Position numbers and translations under genes: made by a program | DNA from: Eggerthellaceae bacterium | GTDB lineage: Bacteria; Bacillota; Clostridia; Lachnospirales; Lachnospiraceae | NCBI GenBank assembly: GCA_963598855.1 | Contig: CAVBVT010000002.1 | Span: forward strand, 12,580-76,579 | DNA length: 64,000 nucleotides | Direction: 5' to 3' | Notes under the pieces: generated by a model | Told to the model about the DNA's origin: nothing | What the model saw: the letters and a program-made list of their open reading frames with translations, nothing else | The model's database searches: none | Shown here: in pieces, positions 1-10,138 of the stretch | Layout of the letters: each line of letters starts with the position of its first letter | Numbering within the stretch: the stretch's first letter is position 1

Positions 1-2
1 CG

Positions 3-506
3 CTTCTCCGTCACGCAGACCGTGTAAAGATTGCCTGCATGGCGCAGCTTGTAAATGTTATCGCGCCGATCATGACTTCTGATACAGGTGCATGGCGCCA
101 GACGATCTTTTATCCATATATGCTGACCAGCGTTTATGGAAGAGGAACCGTGCTGAATACCCAGGTATTGACTCCTGTATACGAGAGCAAAACTTATGGC
201 GAGGCTCCGTATCTGGATTCTGTTTGTGTCTGGGATGAGGAAAAAGAGGCGTTGACTATTTTTGCAGTGAACAAGAGCCTGGATGAGGATATAGAAGTTT
301 CCTGCGATTTAAGACAGTTTGAGGGGTATAAGATTGTGGAGCATATCGTGCTGGACAATGATGACCTTCAGGCAGTCAACACAGAGGCACGGCCGGAGAA
401 TGTGGTTCCTGTAAAAGCGAAAGCTGAGTGCTCGAAGCTGGATGGTGGAAAGCTGGAGGCAGTTTTTGCGAAGCACAGCTGGAATATGATCCGTCTTGCG
501 AAATAA
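3..506 (+). CDS. abfA: Alpha-L-arabinofuranosidase (GH51), C-terminal part; 5' end lies outside the window
   Basis: Frame is open from base 3 and reads LLRHADRVKIACMAQLVNVIAPIMT...RQTIFYPY, the GH51 C-terminal motif. Confidence 0.88.
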   Translation, partial: LLRHADRVKIACMAQLVNVIAPIMTSDTGAWRQTIFYPYMLTSVYGRGTVLNTQVLTPVYESKTYGEAPYLDSVCVWDEEKEALTIFAVNKSLDEDIEVSCDLRQFEGYKIVEHIVLDNDDLQAVNTEARPENVVPVKAKAECSKLDGGKLEAVFAKHSWNMIRLAK

Positions 507-609
507 AGGTCGGCAAAGTATAATAAAAGTGGTTGCAGAAAATGCAGATTAAGTGGCAGATATGTGAAAAGTCATATAGTTATTTGTGACATTATGGGAG
601 GGTTTTTAT

Positions 610-1605
610 ATGTATACACCTGCGAAGGAACGTTACGAAACCATGGAGTACAACCGCTGCGGTGAAAGCGGTCTGATGCTCCCGAAGGTATCTCTTGGAT
701 TATGGCATAATTTCGGAGACACTTCTGATTATGAAAATATGAAACAGCTTTGTTTCACAGCTTTTGACAATGGCATCACACAGTTTGACCTTGCCAACAA
801 TTACGGCCCTGCATACGGAAGTGCAGAGCGGAATTTCGGCAAGATCCTGAAAGAAGAACTGATGCCGTACCGTGACGAGCTGATCATTACAACAAAAGCC
901 GGTTATGATATGTGGGAGGGCCCTTACGGAAACTGGGGCAGCCGCAAATATCTTCTGGCCAGCCTTGACCAGAGCCTGAAACGCATGGGCCTGGAATACG
1001 TGGATATTTTTTACCATCACAGAATGGATCCGGAGACTCCTCTTGAGGAGACCATGGGTGCGCTTGCAACTGCAGTTCAGCAGGGCAAGGCTCTTTATGT
1101 GGGACTTTCCAATTATGATGGAAAAACTTTGAGCCAGGCAGCAGCGATCCTGAAGGAGCTGAGATGCCCGTTTGTCATTAACCAGAACCGTTATTCTATT
1201 TTTGACAGGACTGTGGAAGAGAACGGCCTGAAAAGAACTGCCGGTATCCTGAAAAAAGGTCTTATTACTTTCAGTCCTCTTGCACAGGGACAGCTGACAG
1301 ACCGCTACCTGAACGGAATCCCGGAGGACAGCCGTATCCGCAGGGACGGAAGATTCCTGAAAGAGAGCGCACTGACACCGGAGCGTCTGGATCAGATCCG
1401 AAGGCTTAACGATCTGGCTGCACAGCGTGGTGAGAAGCTTGCAGATATGGCACTTGGCTGGCTGCTCCAGCAGAAAGAAGTTACCAGTGTGCTGATCGGA
1501 GCATCCAAGGCGCAGCAGATCCTTGATAATGTGAAAGCAATCCATTGTGCACCGTTTAGTGCGGAAGAGCTGCGGTTGATCGATGAGATCTCGCTTCAGA
1601 AATAG
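610..1605 (+). CDS. Aldo/keto reductase (YghZ/MgrA-like L-glyceraldehyde-3-phosphate reductase)
   Basis: SLGLWHNFG, FDLANNYGP, TKAGY, YVDIFYHHR and FSPLAQG motifs; ATG at 610 follows GGGAGG. Confidence 0.9.
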   Translation: MYTPAKERYETMEYNRCGESGLMLPKVSLGLWHNFGDTSDYENMKQLCFTAFDNGITQFDLANNYGPAYGSAERNFGKILKEELMPYRDELIITTKAGYDMWEGPYGNWGSRKYLLASLDQSLKRMGLEYVDIFYHHRMDPETPLEETMGALATAVQQGKALYVGLSNYDGKTLSQAAAILKELRCPFVINQNRYSIFDRTVEENGLKRTAGILKKGLITFSPLAQGQLTDRYLNGIPEDSRIRRDGRFLKESALTPERLDQIRRLNDLAAQRGEKLADMALGWLLQQKEVTSVLIGASKAQQILDNVKAIHCAPFSAEELRLIDEISLQK

Positions 1606-1686
1606 TATTTTGGGTGGCAGAAAAGAATATGATTCCGTCAGACAAGTCAATATAGCGTTTACTTAATATTCGCTGTACTAGGTCGT

Positions 1687-1715
1687 TTGACAACAGAATA
1701 CTGGTGTGATATATT
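1687..1715 (+). promoter_or_regulatory. Sigma-A promoter of the thi operon
   Basis: TTGACA-17 nt-TATATT with extended -10 TG. Confidence 0.65.
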
Positions 1716-1727
1716 TTGACATAGCAG

Positions 1728-1755
1728 AGCGGATTGCGAATATCTGCTTTACAAA
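1728..1755. repeat. Dispersed palindromic repeat family B, copy 1 (GCGA-loop hairpin)
   Basis: AGCGGATTGCGAATATCTGCTTTACAAA; 26/28 identical to 16632-16659. Confidence 0.7.
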
Positions 1756-1764
1756 GAAAAAAGA

Positions 1765-1850
1765 GCCAGCGGGAGCTTGTGTGACAGGCTGAGAGGAAGA
1801 TAGATCTTCGACCGTACCTGATTTGGGTAATGCCAACGGAGGGAATGTGA
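1765..1850 (+). ncRNA. TPP riboswitch aptamer
   Basis: GCGGGAGC...GCTGAGAG...GACCGTACCTGATTTGGGTAATGCCAACGGAGGGAA matches the TPP consensus and lies upstream of thiamine genes. Confidence 0.93.
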
Positions 1851-1854
1851 TTTG

Positions 1855-1896
1855 AGAGCGTGTCTCCGTGGATTTTGCCGGGGATGCGCTCTTTTT
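1855..1896 (+). terminator. Intrinsic terminator (TPP expression platform)
   Basis: GAGCGTGTCTCCG / CGGGGATGCGCTC 13-bp stem followed by TTTTT. Confidence 0.8.
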
Positions 1897-2189
1897 GCAT
1901 GCAGGCTGGAATGATCTGACAATGTGCGGATGTGAAAGTGCCAGAGGCTGCATGTGGAGCTTCTGCGGTGAGCGGGCAGGAAGGGGAGCGCCTTAATGTC
2001 TGGCAGGAGGGTGATACTTTGGAGATTTTTTCCGGAAGGTCATATCAGCGATGGGAATCCGTGTTTTCGGAGTGAGAGGAAGTAAGGGAACTTCGACCGC
2101 CAAAATCTATGGGCAGACTGCAGCAGCCGGGAAATTTTTTGCCCGGGATCTGACAGAAATCTGTCTGATATTTCAGGGAGGAAAACACT

Positions 2190-2744
2190 ATGGAAAAACA
2201 AAGGATGCACACGCTTCGTATGGTAATGCTGGCAATGATGGTTGCGATCGGGGTTGTAATTTCACCGATCCTTAGAATTGAGGGAATGTGCCCGACGGCG
2301 CATCTTGTCAATATCGTATGTTCGGTTCTGATGGGACCGTGGTACTCATTTCTCTGTGCAACTATGATCGGCGTGATCCGTATGATGTTCATGGGAATTC
2401 CGCCGCTTGCACTGACAGGTGCAGTATTTGGCGCATTCCTTTCAGGTGTGTTCTACAGACTTTCCAAAGGCAAGATCATCTGCGCGGTGATCGGCGAGAT
2501 CTTTGGAACAGGTATCATCGGATCCATGGTTTCTTATCCGGTGATGGCATTCCTGATGGGAAGAGGCGGACTGACAGCGTTTTATTATACGCCGATGTTC
2601 CTTGCAGCAACCACAATGGGAGGATGTGTTGCCTACATTTTCCTGAAGGCACTGAGCAAAGCAGGCCTTCTGGTGAAATTCCAGGCAGCTATGGGAGCAA
2701 AAACATATGAGACAAAAACTTTTAAAACTGCGAAAGCAAATTAA
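2190..2744 (+). CDS. thiW: Energy-coupling factor S component ThiW (thiazole transporter)
   Basis: Hydrophobic 184 aa with P.AHLVN...GPWY and GE..GTGIIG motifs; downstream of TPP riboswitch. Confidence 0.9.
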   Translation: MEKQRMHTLRMVMLAMMVAIGVVISPILRIEGMCPTAHLVNIVCSVLMGPWYSFLCATMIGVIRMMFMGIPPLALTGAVFGAFLSGVFYRLSKGKIICAVIGEIFGTGIIGSMVSYPVMAFLMGRGGLTAFYYTPMFLAATTMGGCVAYIFLKALSKAGLLVKFQAAMGAKTYETKTFKTAKAN

Positions 2745-3531
2745 AGAGGAAAAGCCGCTGATCCACTGCATCACGAATCCGATCTCCATCCATGACTGTG
2801 CAAATGTGATCCTTGCAGTGGGAGCACGGCCGATCATGGCAGAGCATCCGGCAGAGGTGGCAGATATCACAGAATCCGCCGGTGCTCTGATGCTGAATCT
2901 TGGCAACATCACAGACGCAAGAATTCAGTCAATGAAGCGTTCCATGAGAACAGCCGTGGAAAAAAATATTCCGGTTCTTCTGGATCTTGTAGGGGTTGCC
3001 TGCAGTGATCTCCGGCTGGATCTGGCAAGAGAGCTTTTAAGCATTGGCCATACGGCTGTACTGAAAGGAAATATGTCAGAGCTTCTGGCTGTTTCCGGGC
3101 TGCCTTCTCATGCGATCGGGATTGATGCAGGAGGACAGGACGCATTGACAGCAGAAAATATAGAAGCCATCAGTGATGTGCTGAGGGCTTTTTCCAGAAA
3201 TAATCAGGCGGTGGTGTTGGCTACCGGAAAGCAGGATTTTGTGACGGATGGAGAGCAGATTGTTCTGATCGGAAATGGAACTCCGGCATTGTCCGGGATC
3301 ACAGGAACTGGCTGTATGGTCGGTGCGCTGACAGCAGCATTTTTGCCGGGACGTGAATATCTGGCAGCTGCAGTTCTTGGAACAGCACTGATGGGAATCG
3401 CCGGTGAGGAAGCAGAGAAGATCTCCCGCGGGCCGGGAAGTTTTCAGGCGAATCTGCTGGATGAGATTTATGGGATCACGGATGAAGAGCTGGTGGAGAA
3501 ATTGAAGGTGCAGGGATGTTTGGATAGATAA
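2707..3531 (+). CDS. thiM: Hydroxyethylthiazole kinase
   Basis: PLIHCITN, LAVGARPIMA, KGNMSE, ITGTGCMVG. Confidence 0.95.
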   Translation: MRQKLLKLRKQIKEEKPLIHCITNPISIHDCANVILAVGARPIMAEHPAEVADITESAGALMLNLGNITDARIQSMKRSMRTAVEKNIPVLLDLVGVACSDLRLDLARELLSIGHTAVLKGNMSELLAVSGLPSHAIGIDAGGQDALTAENIEAISDVLRAFSRNNQAVVLATGKQDFVTDGEQIVLIGNGTPALSGITGTGCMVGALTAAFLPGREYLAAAVLGTALMGIAGEEAEKISRGPGSFQANLLDEIYGITDEELVEKLKVQGCLDR

Positions 3532-3664
3532 ATGCTTTTGGGACTTCCTTGATTCGGTTAAATTATGAAATTGTAATGCAAATTAGAGATGAATGAGGAT
3601 TTGTTATTTGGAACGCGAATATCCGCGATCCTGAATGACAGATCAGAGAAATGAGGGTATCAAC

Positions 3665-4306
3665 ATGGATAGAAAAGATTTGGACACAACGCTGTATCTG
3701 GTGACAGACAGCACATATCATACAGAGGAGTCACTGCTCCATACAGTGGAAGAAGCGTGCAAAGGCGGTGTGACACTGGTTCAGCTCCGCGAGAAGAACA
3801 CAGGCGGCCGGGAATACCTGGACAAGGCTTTTAAGGTAAAAGAGATCACAGACCATTATAATGTGCCGCTGATCATTGATGATCGTGTAGATGTTGCACT
3901 GGCTTGCGATGCTGCCGGCGTTCACGTAGGATCCTCCGACATCCCGGTTGCAGTGGCCAGAAAGCTTATGGGTCCGGACAAGATCGTGGGAGCCACGGCC
4001 AAGACTGTAGAAGCAGCACAGAAAGCATATGAGGACGGCGCAGATTATCTGGGCGTAGGAGCAATCTATCCTACAACAACCAAAGTTGTAACTATCCTCA
4101 CAAAAGTCTCCACACTGAAAGACATCTGCAAGGCAGTCCCGATCCCGGCAGTAGCCATCGGAGGCCTCAATGCCGGAAATATGGACGTTCTGGAGGGGGC
4201 AGGAATGAGCGGAATGGCAGTAGTCTCCGCCATCATGAAAGCCGAAGACCCGCAGAAAAACGCCCGTGAGCTGAAAGAGAAGATTATTGCGTTGATGGAG
4301 AAATAG
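3665..4306 (+). CDS. thiE: Thiamine-phosphate synthase
   Basis: LYLVTD, VQLREK, IIDDRVDVALA, GVHVG, PTTTK, VAIGG; start placed at ATG 3665 after GAGGG. Confidence 0.95.
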   Translation: MDRKDLDTTLYLVTDSTYHTEESLLHTVEEACKGGVTLVQLREKNTGGREYLDKAFKVKEITDHYNVPLIIDDRVDVALACDAAGVHVGSSDIPVAVARKLMGPDKIVGATAKTVEAAQKAYEDGADYLGVGAIYPTTTKVVTILTKVSTLKDICKAVPIPAVAIGGLNAGNMDVLEGAGMSGMAVVSAIMKAEDPQKNARELKEKIIALMEK

Positions 4307-4753
4307 TTATTCCACCGGCAGATCCCGATGCTCCACACTGGTGGAGAAGACGATCAGCGTCTTCGTGCGGCCAAACTGCTGGAGTTCATTGATGAAGTGA
4401 TCCAGTTCCATAGTGGAACGGAATGCGACTTCAATAAGCATGGCATAGTCACCGGTAACGCAGTTGCATTCGATGACGTTGGGGATTGCCTGAATGAAAG
4501 GGTAGAAATCTTTTTTCTGATAAGGCTCTACCTCAAGGTTGATAAAAGCTTTAATATGATAACCAAGAAATACCGGGTTGACCTGGGCGTGATAGCCTGT
4601 GATCAGCCCGCTTTTTTCAAGATGCTCGATCCTGGCAGAGACTGCAGGGGAAGAAAGAAAAACTTCCTTTGCGATCTCCTTCACTGGGGTACGGGCATTT
4701 TTTTGAAGCATTTCAATGATCTTCCTGTCGATGTTATCAAGTTTATGTTCCAT
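4307..4753 (-). CDS. Lrp/AsnC family transcriptional regulator
   Basis: LDNIDRKII..LQKNAR...LSSPAV..RI..LE..G.I.GY HTH plus VTGDY RAM domain; divergent from aspA. Confidence 0.92.
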   Translation of the reverse strand: MEHKLDNIDRKIIEMLQKNARTPVKEIAKEVFLSSPAVSARIEHLEKSGLITGYHAQVNPVFLGYHIKAFINLEVEPYQKKDFYPFIQAIPNVIECNCVTGDYAMLIEVAFRSTMELDHFINELQQFGRTKTLIVFSTSVEHRDLPVE

Positions 4754-5064
4754 ATGAAGCTCCTTTCTGAGGAAAAATAATCAGCAATTTATATATTGAG
4801 TATACTGCATCTCCAGTTACAACACAAGAAACGACTTAATAAAAATAAGAATAACACATAAAATTCTTAAAAAAATTAATCTGCAATACCGAAAAACGCG
4901 AATAATCACGGTTTTATCTTAAAAGTATTTACAACTCCAAAAGAAAGTGCTAATTTCTTAGGCATCAGGAAAACAGCTGCTGATCAAATGAAACAGAAAA
5001 AAGATAATTTTATTCAGAAGAAACAAACGTGCACAGGATCAAAAGAAAGAAGAGGGATGACAAA

Positions 5065-6495
5065 ATGATGACAGAAACAAGACTGGAAGCAGATTCAATC
5101 GGAACTATGGAAGTGCCTGCAGAGGCATATTACGGAGTACAGGCATTAAGAGCAAAACAGAACTTTCCGATCACAGGAACAAAACTTCATCCGGTATTTA
5201 TCAAAAACCTGGCACAGGTAAAAAAAGCAGCAGCCATCACAAATAATAACGCAGGATTTCTCCCAGAGGAAAAAGCAGATGCCATTATCAAAGCCTGTGA
5301 TGAGGTGATCGACGGCAGATGGGCAGAAGAATTTATCGTAGATGCAATTCAGGGCGGAGCCGGAACCAGCGCAAACATGAACATGAATGAGGTGATCGCC
5401 AACAGAGCAGGAGAGCTCCTTGGCAGTCCAAAAGGAAGCTACAGCCTGATTCACCCTAACGATCATGTAAACATGGCACAGTCCACAAACGACGTAATTC
5501 CTACAGCCGGTAAACTTACAGTACTGGATCTGCTGGCACCGCTGGAAAAATCCCTGGCAAGACTTGAGAAGGAGCTTTCCGGAAAGGCAGAAGAATTTGA
5601 CGATGTGATCACAATGGGACGTACACAGCTTCAGGATGCAGTACCTGTACGACTTGGACAGGTGTTCCACGGCTACGCGTCCATGGTAGCCAGAGACCGC
5701 AGACGTATTGAAAAAGCCCACAAAGAAATGTATACAGTAAACCTTGGCGGAACAGCAGTAGGAACAGCAATCAATGTTTCTGATTCTTATTTTTACAGGA
5801 TCGTGCCGAATCTGGCAGACCTCACAGGATATCCGCTGAGACAGGCAGAAGATCTTTTTGACGCAACAGAAAACCTGGACGGTTTCGTTGCAGTGTCCGG
5901 TGTGGTAAAAACCTGTGCGGTGGATCTTTCCAAGATGTGCAACGACCTGCGGCTGATGTCTTCCGGTCCGAAAACCGGTTTTGGTGAGATCAACCTTCCG
6001 GCCAAACAGAACGGTTCCTCCATCATGCCAGGCAAGGTGAACCCGGTAATCCCGGAGGTAGTAAGCCAGGTTGCTTTTCACATTGTGGGACATGATACAA
6101 CCATTACCATGGCAGCAGAAGCCGGACAGCTGGAGCTGAACGCTTTTGAGCCTGTAGTATTCTGCAATCTTTTTGAGTCCATCACAACTCTGGAAAAAGC
6201 GGTAGATACACTGATTGAGAACTGCATCACGGGAATCACGGCAAACCGCAGACGCTGCAAAGACCTGATGGAAAGCAGCGCAGGAATCGCAACAGCACTT
6301 TGCCCGCACATTGGATATAAAGCTTCTGCAACTATTGCAAAAACTGCAGTAAAAACCGGAAAATCCGTCCGTGAGCTTGTTCTGGAACAGGGGCTGATGA
6401 CAGAGGAAGAACTGGAAACTGTGCTGGATCCGTATCTTATGACAGAAGTTGGAGAAGAGCGGAAAGAAGATGAAATACGAAGAAAAGCCTGCTGA
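5065..6495 (+). CDS. aspA: Aspartate ammonia-lyase
   Basis: QGGAGTS.NMNMNEV, HPNDHVN.AQSTND and GSSIMPGKVNPVIPE fumarate-lyase signature. Confidence 0.93.
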   Translation: MMTETRLEADSIGTMEVPAEAYYGVQALRAKQNFPITGTKLHPVFIKNLAQVKKAAAITNNNAGFLPEEKADAIIKACDEVIDGRWAEEFIVDAIQGGAGTSANMNMNEVIANRAGELLGSPKGSYSLIHPNDHVNMAQSTNDVIPTAGKLTVLDLLAPLEKSLARLEKELSGKAEEFDDVITMGRTQLQDAVPVRLGQVFHGYASMVARDRRRIEKAHKEMYTVNLGGTAVGTAINVSDSYFYRIVPNLADLTGYPLRQAEDLFDATENLDGFVAVSGVVKTCAVDLSKMCNDLRLMSSGPKTGFGEINLPAKQNGSSIMPGKVNPVIPEVVSQVAFHIVGHDTTITMAAEAGQLELNAFEPVVFCNLFESITTLEKAVDTLIENCITGITANRRRCKDLMESSAGIATALCPHIGYKASATIAKTAVKTGKSVRELVLEQGLMTEEELETVLDPYLMTEVGEERKEDEIRRKAC

Positions 6496-6535
6496 CGGGA
6501 AATTGTACATGGTGAGTAGGTGCATCGTGAAGCGT

Positions 6536-6562
6536 GCTGCTGGTCACAGAGTGAACAGTAAC
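6536..6562. repeat. Dispersed palindromic repeat family A, copy 1
   Basis: GCTGCTGGTCACAGAGTGAACAGTAAC; matches 47823-47849 and 41845-41871. Confidence 0.7.
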
Positions 6563-6591
6563 CTGATTTTTGGATAAAGAGTACATAATAT

Positions 6592-6626
6592 AAAAAGGAG
6601 ACTTGCGATAAAGCAGGCCTCCTTTT
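6592..6626 (+). terminator. Intrinsic terminator after aspA
   Basis: AAAAGGAGACTTGC-GATAAA-GCAGGCCTCCTTTT hairpin. Confidence 0.65.
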
Positions 6627-6672
6627 ATAATGGAAGAAAAAAGAAATGCGCTATAGAAGAAGGGAAAGACAC

Positions 6673-9600
6673 ATGTTAAAAAGAACAGCTATCCGGGCAC
6701 TTTGCAACACAACTGCATATCAGAGAGGTCTTGATATTTACCGCACCGGCAAAAAGATCCTGTCTCTGGAAATTCAGCCGAAAGGTGCTGTGGACAAGGT
6801 TTCCGCCACAGTGAAAGGCAGCGGAAGAAATGTATACAATACAGGATTCCAGTATAATGAAAGTGTAGAACGGGTGAGTGAAGTGTACTGTGACTGTCCG
6901 GCTTTTCGCAGTTATTCCGGGATCTGCAAGCATTGTGTGGCCGTGCTTCTGGAGTACGGGGACCGCAAGTCCTATGAGCGTGTGGAGACCCGAAAACAGC
7001 AGGATGAGGAACAGAAGCAGGCAGAATTGTTTGGCCAAACAGCGTTTCCGGCTGCCGTATCCGGAGCAGGTCAGCCTGCAACGAAGACTACCATTGAACT
7101 GAAAAGTCTTCTCAACCGTCAGATATACAGCCATATGATCCCGTTTTCCGGGGATCCGTATTTTGGCAGGGTGGAGCTGGAAACCTGCCTGAAATTCAAT
7201 TCTGTGGGAAATTGTTTTACTGTGGAATTCCGTATTGGCTGTGAAAAAAAATATATCCTGAAGGATGTGCTGGCCTTTGTGTGGAACCTGGATCATAATG
7301 AGAGAGTTTCTTATGGAAAAAATCTCGAATTTATCCATTCGGAGGAGGCTTTTTCCAGGGAATCCAGAGGCGTGCTGGCGTTTATCCGTGAATGGGTCGA
7401 GAATCATCACGGTACTTACATGGCCAGATATGAACAGTTGCAGAATATAGCTGTGGAAAAGGTAAGGGATCTTACCGTTGATAGGAAGGAACTGGAGGAT
7501 CTGCTTCTCATACTTGGCGAAAACGGTTTCAAGTTCAAAATGAACAATGATCCGGAGACAACATGGCATGCTGTCAGGGAAATTCCGGACAGAACGCTGA
7601 CGATCCGAAAGAAAGATCAGGGGCTGTCCATGGAGATCGCGCCTGTATACAGTGTGACAGGCATACGGTACCATATGTATTTTGACAGCGCGAAGGTGTA
7701 TCTGGTTTCCAGGCAGGAGCTTGGAGCAGTGGAGGAATTTGTCACCTGTCTGGAGCGGCTTCCGGCAGGCAGAGGTTTTATTGATGAACCGGACGTGCCT
7801 GCGTTTGTGAGGGAACTGCTCCCTTCCCTGGAAAAATTTTTCCACTGTGATCTCAGGGATTTTCGAGGAGGAACAGGTCTTGAATGCTATAAAGCTGCCT
7901 ACGAGATTTATCTGGATGCACCGGAGCGGGACTGGATCACCTGTAAGGCATTTTCCGTTTACGGAGAAGATAAATTCTCGGTTTTTGACAGAAGTGTATC
8001 TGCACGAACCCGGGATATTCCTGGGGAGATGGGTGTGTTTGCGATGCTGTCGAAGTATTTTAATGGTTATGATGCACAGCGAATGGAGCTTGCACTGGAC
8101 TGCCGCGCCGGGGAATATGGAAGTCTGAACGGTGAAGATGTGGACAATTCTGAGGAAAAACTCTACCAGCTTCTCAACGAGGGCATCCCTGCCATGCGGA
8201 AGCTCGGAACGGTTTACATTTCCCAGGCGATCAAGCAGATGCGCGTAACGAAAATGCCAAGAATCCGCCTTGGTGTGTCTCTGTCAGCCGGACTTCTGAA
8301 TCTGGATATGGATGTGGAAGGTATGGATCAGGTGCAGCTTTTTGACATTCTTTCCAGATATGACCGCAGGAAAAAATATTTTCGCCTGAAAGACGGCAGT
8401 TTTCTGGACGTTTCCGATGGTCAGCTTCGGGAACTTTCTGCCCTAAAAGAGGGGCTGCAGATCAGTGACAGCGAACTGAAAAAAGGAAAGACTCAGGTTC
8501 CGGCCTATCGTGCCATGTACCTGGACAGTCAGCTGAAAGGCGGAGATCTGATCAAAGTGGAGAAGGATAATGCTTTCCGTGCGCTGATCCGGAACATGCA
8601 GACAATGGAAGAACATAAATTTCAGATTCCGCAGATGCAGGAAAAAATCCTCCGCGGCTATCAGAAAGAGGGCTTTTACTGGATCAAGACTCTGAAACAT
8701 AATCAGTTTGGCGGTATCCTGGCGGATGATATGGGGCTTGGAAAAACCCTCCAGGTGATCACATTTCTCTGGTCAGAATTCCAGGAATCTGCGCCAGGAG
8801 AAAACCGACGTGCACTTGTGGTAACGCCTGCTTCACTGGTGTTTAACTGGATGAGTGAGATTGAACGCTTTGCACCGGGACTTCCGGCTACGGTTGTTAC
8901 AGGTGATGTGAAGGAGAGGAAGGCTCTGATCAAAAATGCAGGAGAACGGGAAGTTCTGATCACTTCCTATGACCTTCTGAAACGGGATCTTAAGGCGTAC
9001 CAGAAGCTGGATTTTGCTGTGCAGATTATTGATGAGGCGCAGTATATCAAAAACCACGGGACACAGGCTGCGAAGGCTGTGAAGGAGATCCGGTCGGAAT
9101 TTAGGCTGGCATTGACTGGTACGCCGGTGGAGAACCGTCTTAGTGAGCTGTGGAGTATTTTTGACTTCCTGATGCCTGGATTTCTTTATTCCTACGAAAA
9201 GTTTCGTAAGGAAATTGAGCTTCCGGCTGTACAGCGAAGTAATTCCGATGCAATGGAACGTCTGCAGAAGATGATCCTGCCTTTTGTGCTGAGGAGACTG
9301 AAACGTGATGTGCTGAAAGACCTTCCGGATAAGCTGGAAAAAGATATGTTTTCCCCGCTGGAAAGTGAGCAGAAAGAGCTTTATGAGGCTCATACAGAGC
9401 GCCTGCGTCTGATGCTGGGCATGCAGTCTGATTCGGAGTTTCGAAATTCCAAATTGCAGATCCTGGCGGAGATCACGAGGCTGCGGCAGATCTGCTGTTA
9501 TCCGGGGCTGATATATGAGGGGTATAAAGGAAATTCCTCAAAACTTGAGATGTGCATGGAGCTGGTGCGCAATGCAGTGAACGGCGGGCATAAGATCCTG

Positions 9601-10056
9601 CTTTTTTCCCAGTTTACAACGATGCTGGATGTGCTGACGGAACGTCTGAAGAAGGAAAAGATTTCTTTTTATATGCTGACGGGCGCTACCTCCAAGGAAA
9701 AGCGTGCCAGGCTGGTGAAGGCTTTTAATGAGGATGATACTTCGGTTTTCTGCATTTCCCTGAAAGCCGGAGGAACAGGACTGAACCTTACTGCGGCGGA
9801 TATCGTGATACATTATGATCCCTGGTGGAATCTTGCCGTACAGAACCAGGCCACAGACCGCGCCCATCGTATCGGACAGCAGAATGTTGTCAGTGTCTAC
9901 CGGCTTTTTATGAAGGATACCATAGAAGAACGCATCCGCGCCCTTCAGGAAATGAAACGGGAACTGGCTGACGAGATCTTAAGCGGAGAAGGAATCGGCC
10001 AGGCCCTGATCAGCAGGGAGGAAGTGCTGGAGCTGCTGGGAAGGCAAACTTCTTGA
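6673..10056 (+). CDS. SWIM zinc finger-SNF2 family helicase/ATPase
   Basis: CDC...CKHC SWIM motif; GGILADDMGLGKT, DEAQ, ALTGTPVEN, QATDRAHRIGQ. Confidence 0.93.
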   Translation: MLKRTAIRALCNTTAYQRGLDIYRTGKKILSLEIQPKGAVDKVSATVKGSGRNVYNTGFQYNESVERVSEVYCDCPAFRSYSGICKHCVAVLLEYGDRKSYERVETRKQQDEEQKQAELFGQTAFPAAVSGAGQPATKTTIELKSLLNRQIYSHMIPFSGDPYFGRVELETCLKFNSVGNCFTVEFRIGCEKKYILKDVLAFVWNLDHNERVSYGKNLEFIHSEEAFSRESRGVLAFIREWVENHHGTYMARYEQLQNIAVEKVRDLTVDRKELEDLLLILGENGFKFKMNNDPETTWHAVREIPDRTLTIRKKDQGLSMEIAPVYSVTGIRYHMYFDSAKVYLVSRQELGAVEEFVTCLERLPAGRGFIDEPDVPAFVRELLPSLEKFFHCDLRDFRGGTGLECYKAAYEIYLDAPERDWITCKAFSVYGEDKFSVFDRSVSARTRDIPGEMGVFAMLSKYFNGYDAQRMELALDCRAGEYGSLNGEDVDNSEEKLYQLLNEGIPAMRKLGTVYISQAIKQMRVTKMPRIRLGVSLSAGLLNLDMDVEGMDQVQLFDILSRYDRRKKYFRLKDGSFLDVSDGQLRELSALKEGLQISDSELKKGKTQVPAYRAMYLDSQLKGGDLIKVEKDNAFRALIRNMQTMEEHKFQIPQMQEKILRGYQKEGFYWIKTLKHNQFGGILADDMGLGKTLQVITFLWSEFQESAPGENRRALVVTPASLVFNWMSEIERFAPGLPATVVTGDVKERKALIKNAGEREVLITSYDLLKRDLKAYQKLDFAVQIIDEAQYIKNHGTQAAKAVKEIRSEFRLALTGTPVENRLSELWSIFDFLMPGFLYSYEKFRKEIELPAVQRSNSDAMERLQKMILPFVLRRLKRDVLKDLPDKLEKDMFSPLESEQKELYEAHTERLRLMLGMQSDSEFRNSKLQILAEITRLRQICCYPGLIYEGYKGNSSKLEMCMELVRNAVNGGHKILLFSQFTTMLDVLTERLKKEKISFYMLTGATSKEKRARLVKAFNEDDTSVFCISLKAGGTGLNLTAADIVIHYDPWWNLAVQNQATDRAHRIGQQNVVSVYRLFMKDTIEERIRALQEMKRELADEILSGEGIGQALISREEVLELLGRQTS

Positions 10057-10063
10057 TTAATAA

Positions 10064-10126
10064 AAACGCCCCTGATGGAAATCGCCTGTGAAAATCACAT
10101 ACGATATCTGTCAGGGGTATTTTATT
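10064..10126. terminator. Bidirectional terminator between convergent genes
   Basis: CCCCTGAT...GTCAGGGG extended stem flanked by A and T tracts. Confidence 0.6.
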
Positions 10127-10138
10127 TAAAGTTTTATT

